This document shows positions 11,271-20,686 of a DNA stretch of 64,000 nucleotides, piece by piece; position 1 is the first letter of the stretch, and each line of letters starts with the position of its first letter. Source of the DNA: Candidatus Poribacteria bacterium (GTDB lineage: Bacteria > Poribacteria > WGA-4E > WGA-3G); contig CAXXLX010000001.1 of the NCBI GenBank assembly GCA_963665235.2, positions 3,072,001-3,136,000 on the forward strand, written 5' to 3'. The notes under the pieces were generated by a model. That model had not been told where the DNA came from. It saw nothing but the letters and a program-made list of their open reading frames with translations, and did no database searches. Made by a program: the position numbers and the translations under genes.

Positions 11271-11511
11271 AAGGAGGGGACGGATTGCCCGAATCCTAGA
11301 AGAGGTCTGTTGAACAACCGGCGAAAAATATGGAGAACTAAATACCTCTGAGGGAGTCGGCAAAAAAATTGCCATGTTTTGTCAAATTGTGTTATACTAA
11401 AATGGCTATTGGCTATTGGCTATTGGCTGTTGGCAAGAGAAAGAGGGCTCTGACGTGCTTCAGATATGTGCTTAGAATCGCAAACCTCTTGCTAATTTGC
11501 TAATTGCCAAT

Positions 11512-11875
11512 ATGCATAACCAACACGAAACAACTATTACAAAAGAATTGGTAAACATCCTACGACAGATGCGCCACGGCTGGAACATTGAAACGGAGGT
11601 CAAAGCCTTCATCAAAGGCAATAGCGGTCTAGATGCACTCGTAATTGAACGCGGGAGAGAGCCGGTCGGCATTGAAGCAAAATTCGCCACTACCACTAAC
11701 GCCAAAAAACTGCTCGAGCAGGCAGAAACACGGCTTATGTTCGAACTTGAAACTGGATACCAGACCGCCAGCGAAACCCTTGATAACGTTATCGCAATCC
11801 TCTATCCCGACCGCTTTAAAACGGTGCCAGGGCGCGATATTCAGGCAAAACTACGCGCGGCACTTGACATAGACT
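11512..11875 (+). pseudogene. Truncated N-terminal PD-(D/E)xK-like fragment, possibly of a restriction-modification protein
   Basis: GLDALVIE...VGIEAK resembles a PD-(D/E)xK motif. After about 11875 the frame only reads the antisense strand of the HAD gene. A promoter-like TTGCCA..TATACT lies upstream at about 11369-11398. Confidence 0.45.
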
Positions 11876-12553
11876 TGAGACAGAATAGTCCGGTTGTCCA
11901 TCCGCTACTTTTGGTATCGATAGACGCAATTTTCGGTCTATCAAAACGCTTGTCATGCCTGCCCGGTTAGCACCAATAATATCATTTTGGATAGAATCAC
12001 CGACGAACACAGCCTCTTCAAACAGCACGGCAGCACGTTCACAAGCCGCTTTGAAGATTCCGAATTTCGGTTTCCTGACACCGATTTCACCGGAAATTGT
12101 TAGCGACTGAATCCGTTCACTTAGTCCAAGGTGTCTCACTTTAGACAGTTGACTGTCAGTATGTTCATCATGCGCGCCGTTAGTGATGATACCGACATGA
12201 TATGCTTGTAGCTCTGCAAGTACTGTGACATCTGCGTAAAGGCGTAATCTTGTGAGGTAGCGCGTGCTGAGAAAGTCATTGAGTTCTTCCGTAAATTTAT
12301 CTGGCGGCAAATTGAGTTCTTCGAATAAACATTGGAAACGTAAGTCTCTCACTTCTGCCATGGAGCATTTCCCTGCGTCAAGTTGCTGAAAGAGTTTCCG
12401 ATGAACTGTTGCCCAGGCATTTGTGAGCGTCTCTTCCGAAATATCTGACTTGTATGTACGGAATAGGTGAAAAGTATCTTTTTCTGCAATACGCCATGCT
12501 GTATCGGAATCACAGAGTGTACCATCAAGGTCGAAGAATATTGCCTTAATCAT
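11816..12553 (-). CDS. HAD-family hydrolase (YjjG/NanP-like)
   Basis: FFDLDGTL, IITNG, GVRKP, FVGDSIQNDIIGA. The last ~15 residues look like read-through into foreign sequence. Confidence 0.88.
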   Translation of the reverse strand: MIKAIFFDLDGTLCDSDTAWRIAEKDTFHLFRTYKSDISEETLTNAWATVHRKLFQQLDAGKCSMAEVRDLRFQCLFEELNLPPDKFTEELNDFLSTRYLTRLRLYADVTVLAELQAYHVGIITNGAHDEHTDSQLSKVRHLGLSERIQSLTISGEIGVRKPKFGIFKAACERAAVLFEEAVFVGDSIQNDIIGANRAGMTSVLIDRKLRLSIPKVADGQPDYSVSSLCQVPRVVLPEYRALAPF

Positions 12554-12614
12554 AAGGGGAGAGGGGCAGCGCGGCCACAAACGTTAGGGCCGGCCGGCGC
12601 GTTTACAAGTAGTT

Positions 12615-13700
12615 TTACGGGGTTTTCCCTAATTTTACGGTATAGTGTTGGTCGCGGCCGTCTCTATGGATTTTCAGGCGGATTTCTGTATCTGGCGCAG
12701 TGCCACCGACACACCGCAAAAGTTCACCGTAGGTTTGCACCGGCGCGTTGTTAAATTCAAGGATAATGTCCTCCGGTGAGATACCGACCTTATCTGCGGG
12801 CCCACCCTTTATAACCTGCGTAACGCCGATTCCGAGTTCACTCACTTCAATGTGAACGCCGAGCCAGCCTCGCGTCACCTTTCCATGTTTTATGATTTCA
12901 GTTGCCACAGATTTGACTGTCTCTATCGGGATAGCAAACGTAATATCCTGATTGTTCCGTGGCTGCAGTGACGGATGCCTGAGAAGTTGTACTATGTCGC
13001 CATTTGTGCCTTCGGACAAAATAGAATCAACGAGGGCATCCAACGGGCCAGGTTCGGTAAGGACAGCGAGTATCATTCCAACGATTTCTCCCCCCGTGTT
13101 TACGACTGCCCCGCCACTATTACCAGGCGTAACCGGGGCATTGATTTTGATGAAGTTCTTGCAGAGATGGTCGGGCAAGGTGTCCCAACCGCTGACAATC
13201 CCGAAGGAGACGATAGGACTCTTACCGTAAGAGCTCCCGATTGTGGCAACCCAAGACCCCGTCCCAATTTTTGAGGAATTGCCCTGCTTAACCTGTACAG
13301 AGGGTTTGTGTTCTGTCTGAAGCACAGCCAGCTCCATCAGGTTATCAACGCCAAGTAGCTTGGCAGGTGATACCTTGCCATTACTGAAAATAACTTCAAT
13401 CCTATTGACATCCATATCAAACGTTGTTGTTACCACATGGCCGGCGGTATCAATAACAATTCCGGAGCCAATATTTTGGCGTGTTATTAGCAATTTGTCC
13501 GGTGGCAATTGGGGTGTTGGTATGACCTGTGTCGCTACCACTTTAACGACAGCGGGACGTGCCGCCGTGACGAGCTTTTGAAATTCTTTTTCAAGCAACT
13601 GTAAGATGTTTTCTTTTGCCATACCAGGTAAGACAAAATAGAAAAGCAGACTGAACAGTGCTGTTATTAATAGTATCTGTTTCGATTTTTGTAGACGCAT
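12615..13700 (-). CDS. HtrA/DegS-like trypsin domain + PDZ protein
   Basis: Signal peptide, GSGIVID, PGNSGG, FAIP, RGWLGV and one PDZ domain. The catalytic His and Asp positions are altered. Confidence 0.85.
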   Translation of the reverse strand: MRLQKSKQILLITALFSLLFYFVLPGMAKENILQLLEKEFQKLVTAARPAVVKVVATQVIPTPQLPPDKLLITRQNIGSGIVIDTAGHVVTTTFDMDVNRIEVIFSNGKVSPAKLLGVDNLMELAVLQTEHKPSVQVKQGNSSKIGTGSWVATIGSSYGKSPIVSFGIVSGWDTLPDHLCKNFIKINAPVTPGNSGGAVVNTGGEIVGMILAVLTEPGPLDALVDSILSEGTNGDIVQLLRHPSLQPRNNQDITFAIPIETVKSVATEIIKHGKVTRGWLGVHIEVSELGIGVTQVIKGGPADKVGISPEDIILEFNNAPVQTYGELLRCVGGTAPDTEIRLKIHRDGRDQHYTVKLGKTP

Positions 13701-13721
13701 GTGTTTACCCTCTAAAAAAAA

Positions 13722-14270
13722 TTATAACCCACCACCGGTCAACGTATCGGTGTAGCTGACGCGCTTTAACATATAGTGCTGTTGCGTCGGTTGCGATGCA
13801 AATGCACTGCGACGCGCTAACGGTATTTGAAGCGACAGTGGGTTCCGGGATGTTTCGAGCTGCCCGTCACCCTGTAAACGTGAGTTGATAGCACTTTCCC
13901 CCGTAGGTCGGTGTTCATCGTTGAAAACGCCTCCCTGATACAGGTAAGTACCGGCTGTAATACAAATCAACACCATGACGCTAGCGAATACCCATCTGGG
14001 CCAGCTCAACGTGTATAAGAGACGTTGCCAAAAATTAGGGGGCTCGCGGGACTCTTCGGCGAGCCGTTGTTGTAATGTCGGCATAAAGTGAGGCGAAGGG
14101 TCAATCTGCGGTAACTGCTGTGCTGCCTTCACGGTCTCCTGGAATAGGGTGTACTCCTGCTGACAGTTATCGCATGTCGAGAGGTGTGCCTCAAAACCTT
14201 GTAGGTGTTGATAATCCAGTTCATCTTCAAAATGAGCGGAGAAGTGTTCCGTGGCTTGTAAGCAATTCAT
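13722..14270 (-). CDS. Zinc-binding anti-sigma factor (zf-HC2) with TM helix
   Basis: MNC...HLSTCDNC (HxxxCxxC), one TM segment. Overlaps the sigma factor stop codon. Confidence 0.88.
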   Translation of the reverse strand: MNCLQATEHFSAHFEDELDYQHLQGFEAHLSTCDNCQQEYTLFQETVKAAQQLPQIDPSPHFMPTLQQRLAEESREPPNFWQRLLYTLSWPRWVFASVMVLICITAGTYLYQGGVFNDEHRPTGESAINSRLQGDGQLETSRNPLSLQIPLARRSAFASQPTQQHYMLKRVSYTDTLTGGGL

Positions 14271-14875
14271 AGGGGCTCCATAAAAGATTTTAATTTATCC
14301 TTAAGCATTAATCGGGCTCGGTTGATTCGGGATTTGGTTGTGCCGCTCCGTAGTTCGAGTATCTCACTGATTTCGTCGTAGCTAAATCCTTGGAGATCCC
14401 GAAGTATGAGCGGGACTCTATACTGTTCTGGCAATTCCGCTATCGCAGTATGGATAGCTTTGCGTAATTCTTTGCGTTGTAGTGCAACTTCAGGTTGAAA
14501 AGCGACATCAGCAGGTGCACTTGCGATGCGGTCAATTTGTTCACCTTCCTCATCAAAGCTATCGCTATTATTAACGATATTGTCAACCCGGTATCTGTCG
14601 CGACGACTTCGGTTTCGCAGTTCATTTTTGCACAAGTTTTTCGCAATCTGATACATCCATGTGTTAAAACGAGCTCGCCCCGGTTGGTAGCGGTGCACTG
14701 CTTTAAACACCCGAATGAACGTCTCTTGTGCTAAATCTTCAGCGGCATCCCTATCATCGATATACCGGGCGATGAAATTGATAAGCGGCTGCTGATGGCG
14801 GCGCACTAAGAGCGTAAAAGCACTCTCATCTCCTTTTTGAAAACGTTGTATTAATTCATCGTCTAATTCGGGCAT
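14267..14875 (-). CDS. ECF RNA polymerase sigma factor (RpoE/SigW-like)
   Basis: AEDLAQETF, FNTWMYQIAKN, SYDEISEIL, GTTKSRINRAR. Confidence 0.93.
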   Translation of the reverse strand: MPELDDELIQRFQKGDESAFTLLVRRHQQPLINFIARYIDDRDAAEDLAQETFIRVFKAVHRYQPGRARFNTWMYQIAKNLCKNELRNRSRRDRYRVDNIVNNSDSFDEEGEQIDRIASAPADVAFQPEVALQRKELRKAIHTAIAELPEQYRVPLILRDLQGFSYDEISEILELRSGTTKSRINRARLMLKDKLKSFMEPL

Positions 14876-15049
14876 CAGATTCCTCCAAAGGCACTTTATG
14901 TGTTAATATACACCAAACTGTGGATTCGGTTGCATTTTTTTAATTTTCACATATTTTTTGTTTTGAACGGATAGATGTCGGATGCTAATGGGAAGGTTTT
15001 TGGGATGTTTATTGTCTGAATGCACGTCGCATTTGGGCGAATACGCCGC

Positions 15050-15185
15050 AAATCGCGGCGTATCGCGGAGAACGCGGAGAACGCGGAGAACGTGGAATTA
15101 AGAAGTTCTTTGTTCCGGATCCGTTTCTTGCGAAAGGAGATGTCTGGGACACAAAATCATTTTCCGTGTTCTCTGTGTTCTCCGT
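15050..15185. repeat. 9-mer repeat inverted element
   Basis: cgcggagaa x3 at about 15064-15095 and the complementary ttccgtgttctctgtgttctccgt at about 15162-15185. Confidence 0.55.
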
Positions 15186-15216
15186 TTTGTGGGCTTTTTA
15201 GAGACCTATTTGCTTC

Positions 15217-16167
15217 CTATTGTGTGCTATTTCCGTTGAGGTCAATATCCTCAAAAGTTTTCGCGTTGAGTATCTGCTCGAAGAGTGTATCAAGCCGTGA
15301 GAATTCCGTGATTTCTTTGATTTCCGCTAGAACGGTATCAGAGATTTCAGGGAATTGGTGCGTCAACAATTTGATAACATACTCCTGTTTGGTTCGGAAC
15401 TCACCTTGTTCGAGGCCTTGTTCGAGGCCTTGTTCGAGACCTTGTGTGATGCCGCGTTGATAACCTTGTTCATCGCCTTGTGCGATGCCGCGTTTCATGA
15501 CCTGTTCGTAAAAAGGAGATTCTTGCATGATTGCCTCCAATCTAGGTTTTTGAAAAAGTTCGTTTGGATGGGCTAAACTCCCGAAAAGCGAGAGTGCAAA
15601 TAAAAGGTTCGCCCGCATTTCTCGGCTGACATCGGCCGCCTGGGTCGTCTCTATACACTTCTCAACCCAAGCTTCAGGTGTCATATCCGCTGGCGGTTCC
15701 ATCAAAGCCGTGAAAGGGAGCAACCCTATAGCTGTAGGGTCCAAAAACGCTTCACCCGGCAAATCATAAACACGGATGACGTTATACTGGAAGTACCCAC
15801 CGCCACGCTGTTCGTTTCCATACCTATAGACACCGGTGTCGTTTTGACCCGCTGGACGGCGGAGATAGAACACCGTTGAATAGACGTTCTTGCCGTGTTC
15901 AAGGGCAAGGAGACTTGAATACGCCAGCATCCGGAGGTGCATCGGTTTATGTGTGCTGTCGTCGGTTTGTGCCTCTATATGTAGGATAGCCTCCTCATCC
16001 GGCAGTTGGACATGAAACGTCATATCACTATGATGCACCCGAAGCGTGACGTGCTCGGTGTTCAGCTGCGCTAAGATTTTCACTTTCGATGTTCCGAGTG
16101 CCAACGCTGCTAAAGAATCCGGGAACCACCCCGTAATGCGTTTAAAGATTTTATCAAAAAATGCCAT
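15217..16167 (-). CDS. Rpn/YhgA-like PD-(D/E)xK nuclease (putative transposase)
   Basis: FDKIFKR, SD...LHIEAQ, MHLRMLAY, ESPFYEQ, low-complexity (GLEQ)3 from a 12-bp repeat, helical C-terminus. Confidence 0.8.
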   Translation of the reverse strand: MAFFDKIFKRITGWFPDSLAALALGTSKVKILAQLNTEHVTLRVHHSDMTFHVQLPDEEAILHIEAQTDDSTHKPMHLRMLAYSSLLALEHGKNVYSTVFYLRRPAGQNDTGVYRYGNEQRGGGYFQYNVIRVYDLPGEAFLDPTAIGLLPFTALMEPPADMTPEAWVEKCIETTQAADVSREMRANLLFALSLFGSLAHPNELFQKPRLEAIMQESPFYEQVMKRGIAQGDEQGYQRGITQGLEQGLEQGLEQGEFRTKQEYVIKLLTHQFPEISDTVLAEIKEITEFSRLDTLFEQILNAKTFEDIDLNGNSTQ

Positions 16168-16304
16168 AATGAATATTATACCTATATTGTAGAGATATGT
16201 CAATATGTTTAATCAGGGAAGAAAAATCTTGACCTGAAAACGATTTTTGTGTATCCTTTAAAAAATACCATATATGCGAAAAATTGTCAAATTTGGAGGT
16301 TTAC

Positions 16305-16874
16305 ATGTTCGAACAGGTTTTACAAGAGGTTGAGGCGCAATGTAGAGAAGAGCGAATTCCGATGCTGGGACCAGAAAAGGCGAAATTTCTCGCCGCATGT
16401 GTTGAGAAGGCAAAACCGTCCCTGATTGTGGAGTGTGGTACCGCCATCGGTTATTCCGGGCTGTGGATGTTACGCGTGTTGAAGACTGAGAACACCGGGC
16501 GACTGATAACGATCGAAATAGATGAGAACCGCGCCCAGCAAGCCCGCGCTAATTTTGAACGGGCCGGGCTCGACGGCCTCGTGGATTCACGCATCGGCGA
16601 TGCACAAGAGGTCCTGAAAACTATCCAAGAGCCGGTCGACTTCCTACTCCTTGATAACAATTTCAACAACTATTTCCCCTGTTTTCAAGCAATTGAATCA
16701 CAACTAACTAACCCGGCAACCGTTGTAGCGGACAACGTCGGTATCGGGGCAGAGGCAATGGCGGATTATCTTGAACACGTACGCGCTCGCTATGAATCTG
16801 AAACACACTGGTTTGACATAGACCTGCCCTGGGTGAAACAGGACGCAATTGAGGTTAGCATTTACTGCCGTTGA
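16305..16874 (+). CDS. Class I SAM-dependent O-methyltransferase
   Basis: VECGTAIGYSGLW, ITIEID, GDA, DFLLLD, VVADNV. GGAGG RBS. Confidence 0.88.
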   Translation: MFEQVLQEVEAQCREERIPMLGPEKAKFLAACVEKAKPSLIVECGTAIGYSGLWMLRVLKTENTGRLITIEIDENRAQQARANFERAGLDGLVDSRIGDAQEVLKTIQEPVDFLLLDNNFNNYFPCFQAIESQLTNPATVVADNVGIGAEAMADYLEHVRARYESETHWFDIDLPWVKQDAIEVSIYCR

Positions 16875-17082
16875 ACAAAAACGGCACAAAGTAGCAGTTT
16901 ATGCTCCACTCATCTGCTGTTTTCGCAGTGTCTATGGTAAACCAACGGACATTTATTATCAAGGTTAGCATTTACTGCCGTTCAAAAGTAAGCCCAAGCA
17001 ACGCGCCGGGCTGGTTATATGGCGAGGGATATTTCTCAGGAAACCCTCTTATCAAACCGCAAGGAAATATCAAAAATTAAAA

Positions 17083-19758
17083 ATGGACTATAATTTTACC
17101 GATGTGGCTCGGCTGCCTGCACCGGGCGATAATGTTGCTATTGCAACGCAAACATTGGCAGGTGGCACACGCATTCACTACGATGGACACGAATTTCAGC
17201 TATCACATACCGTTCTGGAAGGACATCGGTTTGCAATTCAATCAATTCCGGAAACTTCAGCACTCCTGTCGTGGGGATTGCCGTTTGGTTTCGCCACACG
17301 TTCCATTGCCATTGGCGATTATGTCTGCAATCAGAAGATGCTCGATTCGTTGTCAATTAGAAATTTAAGCTTTGCCTTACCGGAGGTGCCAAACTTTAGC
17401 GATAAGTTGTCGCCATATCTGTTAGATGAGACAGAATTTCGTCCGGGGAAGCAGGTAGCACGGTATAGGGACGAGCGTCTGTTCCTCGGTTACCATCGTC
17501 CTGGGAACCGTGGCGTTGGCACGCGAAACTATGTTGTGGTCATGAGCACAACTGCGCGTACCGCCGGCTTCGCCAGGCGGCTTGCCGAAAAGTGTGCAGG
17601 ACATACTGACGCTTATCCGAACGTAGATGGTATCGTTGCCGTAACGCACACGGAGGGCGGAGAAGGCAAAACGCCCAATAACGTTGAAATGCTGCTCCGA
17701 ACCCTCGCCGGTTTCACTGTGCACCCGAATATAGGCGCAATCTTGGTGGTTGACTACGGTACCGAGGCGGTCACAAATGAGATGCTCAAGACATATATGC
17801 ACCGTGAAGGATACGCCCTGGACGATGTTACCCACCGTTTCTACCAGCGACAACGCAGCTTTGATGCAGATTTAGCCAATGGGACAGTGATTCTTAACCG
17901 ATGGCTGCCGAACGTGAATCGGGTGCCGCGCACCGAGCAATCGTTAGCACATATCAAAATCGCCTTGCAGTGCGGTGGCTCGGATGCGTTTTCGGGCGTA
18001 TCGGGCAATCCGCTCGCCGCTTACGTAGCAAAGGAGGTTATCCGTTATGGCGGATGCGCAAACCTTGCGGAAACCGATGAACTGATTGGGTCGGAGGAAT
18101 ATGTACTACAAAACGTTCGCGACCTGCCGACAGCGCGCACGTTCCTGAAGACAATTGAACGTTTCAAGGAACGCGCCGCATGGCATGGACACTCCACAGA
18201 AGGAAATCCCTCCGGCGGCAACAATTTCCGAGGGCTCTACAACATCGCCATTAAATCTATTGGCGCAGCAATGAAACGACACCCAGATGTCTGTCTTGAC
18301 TACGTTATCAATTACAGCGAATTGATGGAACAGCCGGGCTACTACTTCATGGACAGCCCAGGTAACGATTTAGAGAGCATCGCAGGGCAGGTAGCCTCCG
18401 GAGCTAACATGATTTTCTTTGTGACAGGCAACGGCTCAATTACCAATTTCCCCTTCGTACCGACAATTAAGATTGTCACGACCACCGGACGGTATGAGAT
18501 GCTTACGAAGGATATGGATGTGAACGCTGGCGCGTATCTCGATGGGATGCCGATGGAAGAACTTGGGAACGCTATGCTCGACTTGACAGTGAATGTTGCA
18601 TCGGGGGAACGCTCAGTCGGAGAGAAGGCTGGCCACTCGCAGGTCTCGTTGTGGCGCGATTGGAAACAGACCGGCCCTGTAAATTTGAAACCGCTCTTAA
18701 CCGACTCTGAATTGCGGTCCGGTGAACCGATTCCGATTGATACTGCTACGACACAGCAACGTGTGCCTACCGCCTTGCAATTTCGTGCTCTCCAAACGGA
18801 AACGGGGTACCGCACAGAGCAGGTCGGACTCATCTTGCCCACTAGTCTCTGTTCCGGACAGATTGCACAGATGATTGCACACCGTTGCAATGAACGAGAA
18901 ATTGGCAAAGCGCAAGGCGTATCCCGTTTTGTGGCACTCCCGCATACAGAGGGGTGTGGTGTTTCCAGTGGCCGTTCTGAGGAAATTTACACCCGCACGA
19001 TGATTGGACATCTCACACACCCAAAGGTTGCACTCGGTCTACTCCTCGAACACGGTTGTGAAAAGACACACAATGACCATGTCCGCCATGAAATTCAGAA
19101 ACTCGGTATATCCCCAGAACGCTACGGGTGGGCAAGCGTGCAATTGGATGGCGGCATTGATGCTGTTATTGAAAAGGTGCAGGACTGGTTTCTGGAAACG
19201 TTTGCGGATAAACCTACCCCCCCGGTTGTCGATGCAGATTTGAAACATCTCTGTATAGCCGTAACATCAACCGGAGAGGGGACAGAAGCAGTCTCACAGG
19301 CTTTGACGCAATTGACTCACGAAGTCGTCGCTGCGGGGGGAACGGTTGTTGTACCAGCAAACGCGACCTTCCTATGTTACGAAAACCCACAACGTGTTGC
19401 ACCTACTTTAGCCTATGGGCAGCGGATTGAAAAAGCAGGTTTCCACATCATGGAGACACCGACCGACCAGCAGACAGAAACGTTGACAGGCTTGGGAGCG
19501 ACAGGTGTGGAATTAGCACTTGCATACATCGTTGGGGCCCCCATGCAATCCCATGTGATGGTCCCGCTGATTCAGGTCTCTACGGATGCTACAACGCAAG
19601 CAAACTACGGGGCCGATTTGGACCTAATGACCGCCGATGCTAACAACATGTTAGCCTTGATTGTGGAGGTAGCATCGCGTCGGTATACCCCAAAGCTGCA
19701 CGGTAAGGGAAACACAGATTTTCAGTTAACGCGCGGGTTATTAGGGATTTCAATGTAA
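17083..19758 (+). CDS. UxaA/GarD-family sugar-acid dehydratase with partially duplicated catalytic region
   Basis: SAF domain (DNVAIA, GHRFA), GVGTRNY, LQCGGSDAFSGVSGNP, GNPSGGN. A second copy carries PTSLCS, HTEGCG and LEHGCE. Confidence 0.85.
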   Translation: MDYNFTDVARLPAPGDNVAIATQTLAGGTRIHYDGHEFQLSHTVLEGHRFAIQSIPETSALLSWGLPFGFATRSIAIGDYVCNQKMLDSLSIRNLSFALPEVPNFSDKLSPYLLDETEFRPGKQVARYRDERLFLGYHRPGNRGVGTRNYVVVMSTTARTAGFARRLAEKCAGHTDAYPNVDGIVAVTHTEGGEGKTPNNVEMLLRTLAGFTVHPNIGAILVVDYGTEAVTNEMLKTYMHREGYALDDVTHRFYQRQRSFDADLANGTVILNRWLPNVNRVPRTEQSLAHIKIALQCGGSDAFSGVSGNPLAAYVAKEVIRYGGCANLAETDELIGSEEYVLQNVRDLPTARTFLKTIERFKERAAWHGHSTEGNPSGGNNFRGLYNIAIKSIGAAMKRHPDVCLDYVINYSELMEQPGYYFMDSPGNDLESIAGQVASGANMIFFVTGNGSITNFPFVPTIKIVTTTGRYEMLTKDMDVNAGAYLDGMPMEELGNAMLDLTVNVASGERSVGEKAGHSQVSLWRDWKQTGPVNLKPLLTDSELRSGEPIPIDTATTQQRVPTALQFRALQTETGYRTEQVGLILPTSLCSGQIAQMIAHRCNEREIGKAQGVSRFVALPHTEGCGVSSGRSEEIYTRTMIGHLTHPKVALGLLLEHGCEKTHNDHVRHEIQKLGISPERYGWASVQLDGGIDAVIEKVQDWFLETFADKPTPPVVDADLKHLCIAVTSTGEGTEAVSQALTQLTHEVVAAGGTVVVPANATFLCYENPQRVAPTLAYGQRIEKAGFHIMETPTDQQTETLTGLGATGVELALAYIVGAPMQSHVMVPLIQVSTDATTQANYGADLDLMTADANNMLALIVEVASRRYTPKLHGKGNTDFQLTRGLLGISM

Positions 19759-19776
19759 CCGCGCGTCCTATAACGC

Positions 19777-20287
19777 AAGTTGCCACATAGTAGCACAAAC
19801 TTCCTAGTTTGTGCCATAAGCGTCCAAAGTAGCATAAACTTCCTAGTTTGTGCCATAAGCGTCCAACATAGAAGTTCACGATAGTAGCATAAACTTCCTA
19901 GTTTGTGCCATAAGCGTCCAACATAGAAGTTCACGATAGTAGCATAAACTTCCTAGTTTGTGCCATAAGCGTCCAAAGTAGCATAAACTTCCTAGTTTGT
20001 GCCATAAGCGTCACGATAGTAGCATAAACTTCCTAGTTTGTGCCATAAGCGTCCAACATAGAAGTTCACGATAGTAGCATAAACTTCCTAGTTTGTGCCA
20101 TAAGCGTCCAAAGTAGCATAAACTTCCTAGTTTGTGCCATAAGCGTCCAACATAGAAGTTCACGATAGTAGCATAAACTTCCTAGTTTGTGCCATAAGCG
20201 TCCAACATAGAAGTTCACGGTACAATTATCAGCAGTTTTTCACTAAAAGCGACGTTTACAAGTCTAAAAATTGATAGGTGGCAACTT
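19777..20287. mobile_element. Putative MITE (TIR AAGTTGCCAC) filled with a REP array
   Basis: aagttgccac at 19777 and gtggcaactt at 20278-20287. A related end, ataggtgtcaacttaag, occurs at about 27206-27222. Confidence 0.5.
19790..20219 (+). repeat. Tandem array of 9 GTAG-type REP hairpins
   Basis: GTAGCATAAACT-TCCT-AGTTTGTGCcataagcgtc at 19790, 19829, 19884, 19939, 19978, 20019, 20074, 20113 and 20168 (periods 39, 41 or 55 bp; linkers invariant). Confidence 0.9.
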
Positions 20288-20311
20288 AGGTTACTATAGG
20301 GCCCGGTGCAG

Positions 20312-20662
20312 CTAAACCTTTGCCTCAACGGTGAACCCACCTATCAACGAAAAATTCGCTGCAAACTGATACAGTTTCGCGTTATTCCTCTCAATCGTGG
20401 GCGGGTTGTAATGCTCGCCATCTTTCGACCACACAGCGTTGTTCGCCTCAACGCTCTCCCACAACGTAATCCAAGCGTAATCGTAGTCCGATGTAGCAAC
20501 ACCTTCAAGACCACCCTGATACCCTTTGAGAAGTTCAACAGCGAGACACCCCGGTAGTGAACGGACCGCCGGAAGATAGTGCTGTAACATGAAATCCTCA
20601 AAGACTTCATGTTCGACCATCGGTTTGAGTTCAATCGTATGAATTGCACGAAAATGTGACAT
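20312..20662 (-). CDS. Hypothetical dimeric alpha+beta barrel (ABM/Dabb-like) protein
   Basis: AAGGAG RBS. Pattern LPGCLAVELLK...YAWITLWES. Confidence 0.6.
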   Translation of the reverse strand: MSHFRAIHTIELKPMVEHEVFEDFMLQHYLPAVRSLPGCLAVELLKGYQGGLEGVATSDYDYAWITLWESVEANNAVWSKDGEHYNPPTIERNNAKLYQFAANFSLIGGFTVEAKV

Positions 20663-20686
20663 ATCTCGTAACTCCTTAGGTCGGCT

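Noticed and set aside
19790-20219. CRISPR array
   Set aside because: The linkers are short and recurrent rather than unique spacers, there are no cas genes, and the unit is a GTAG-REP hairpin.
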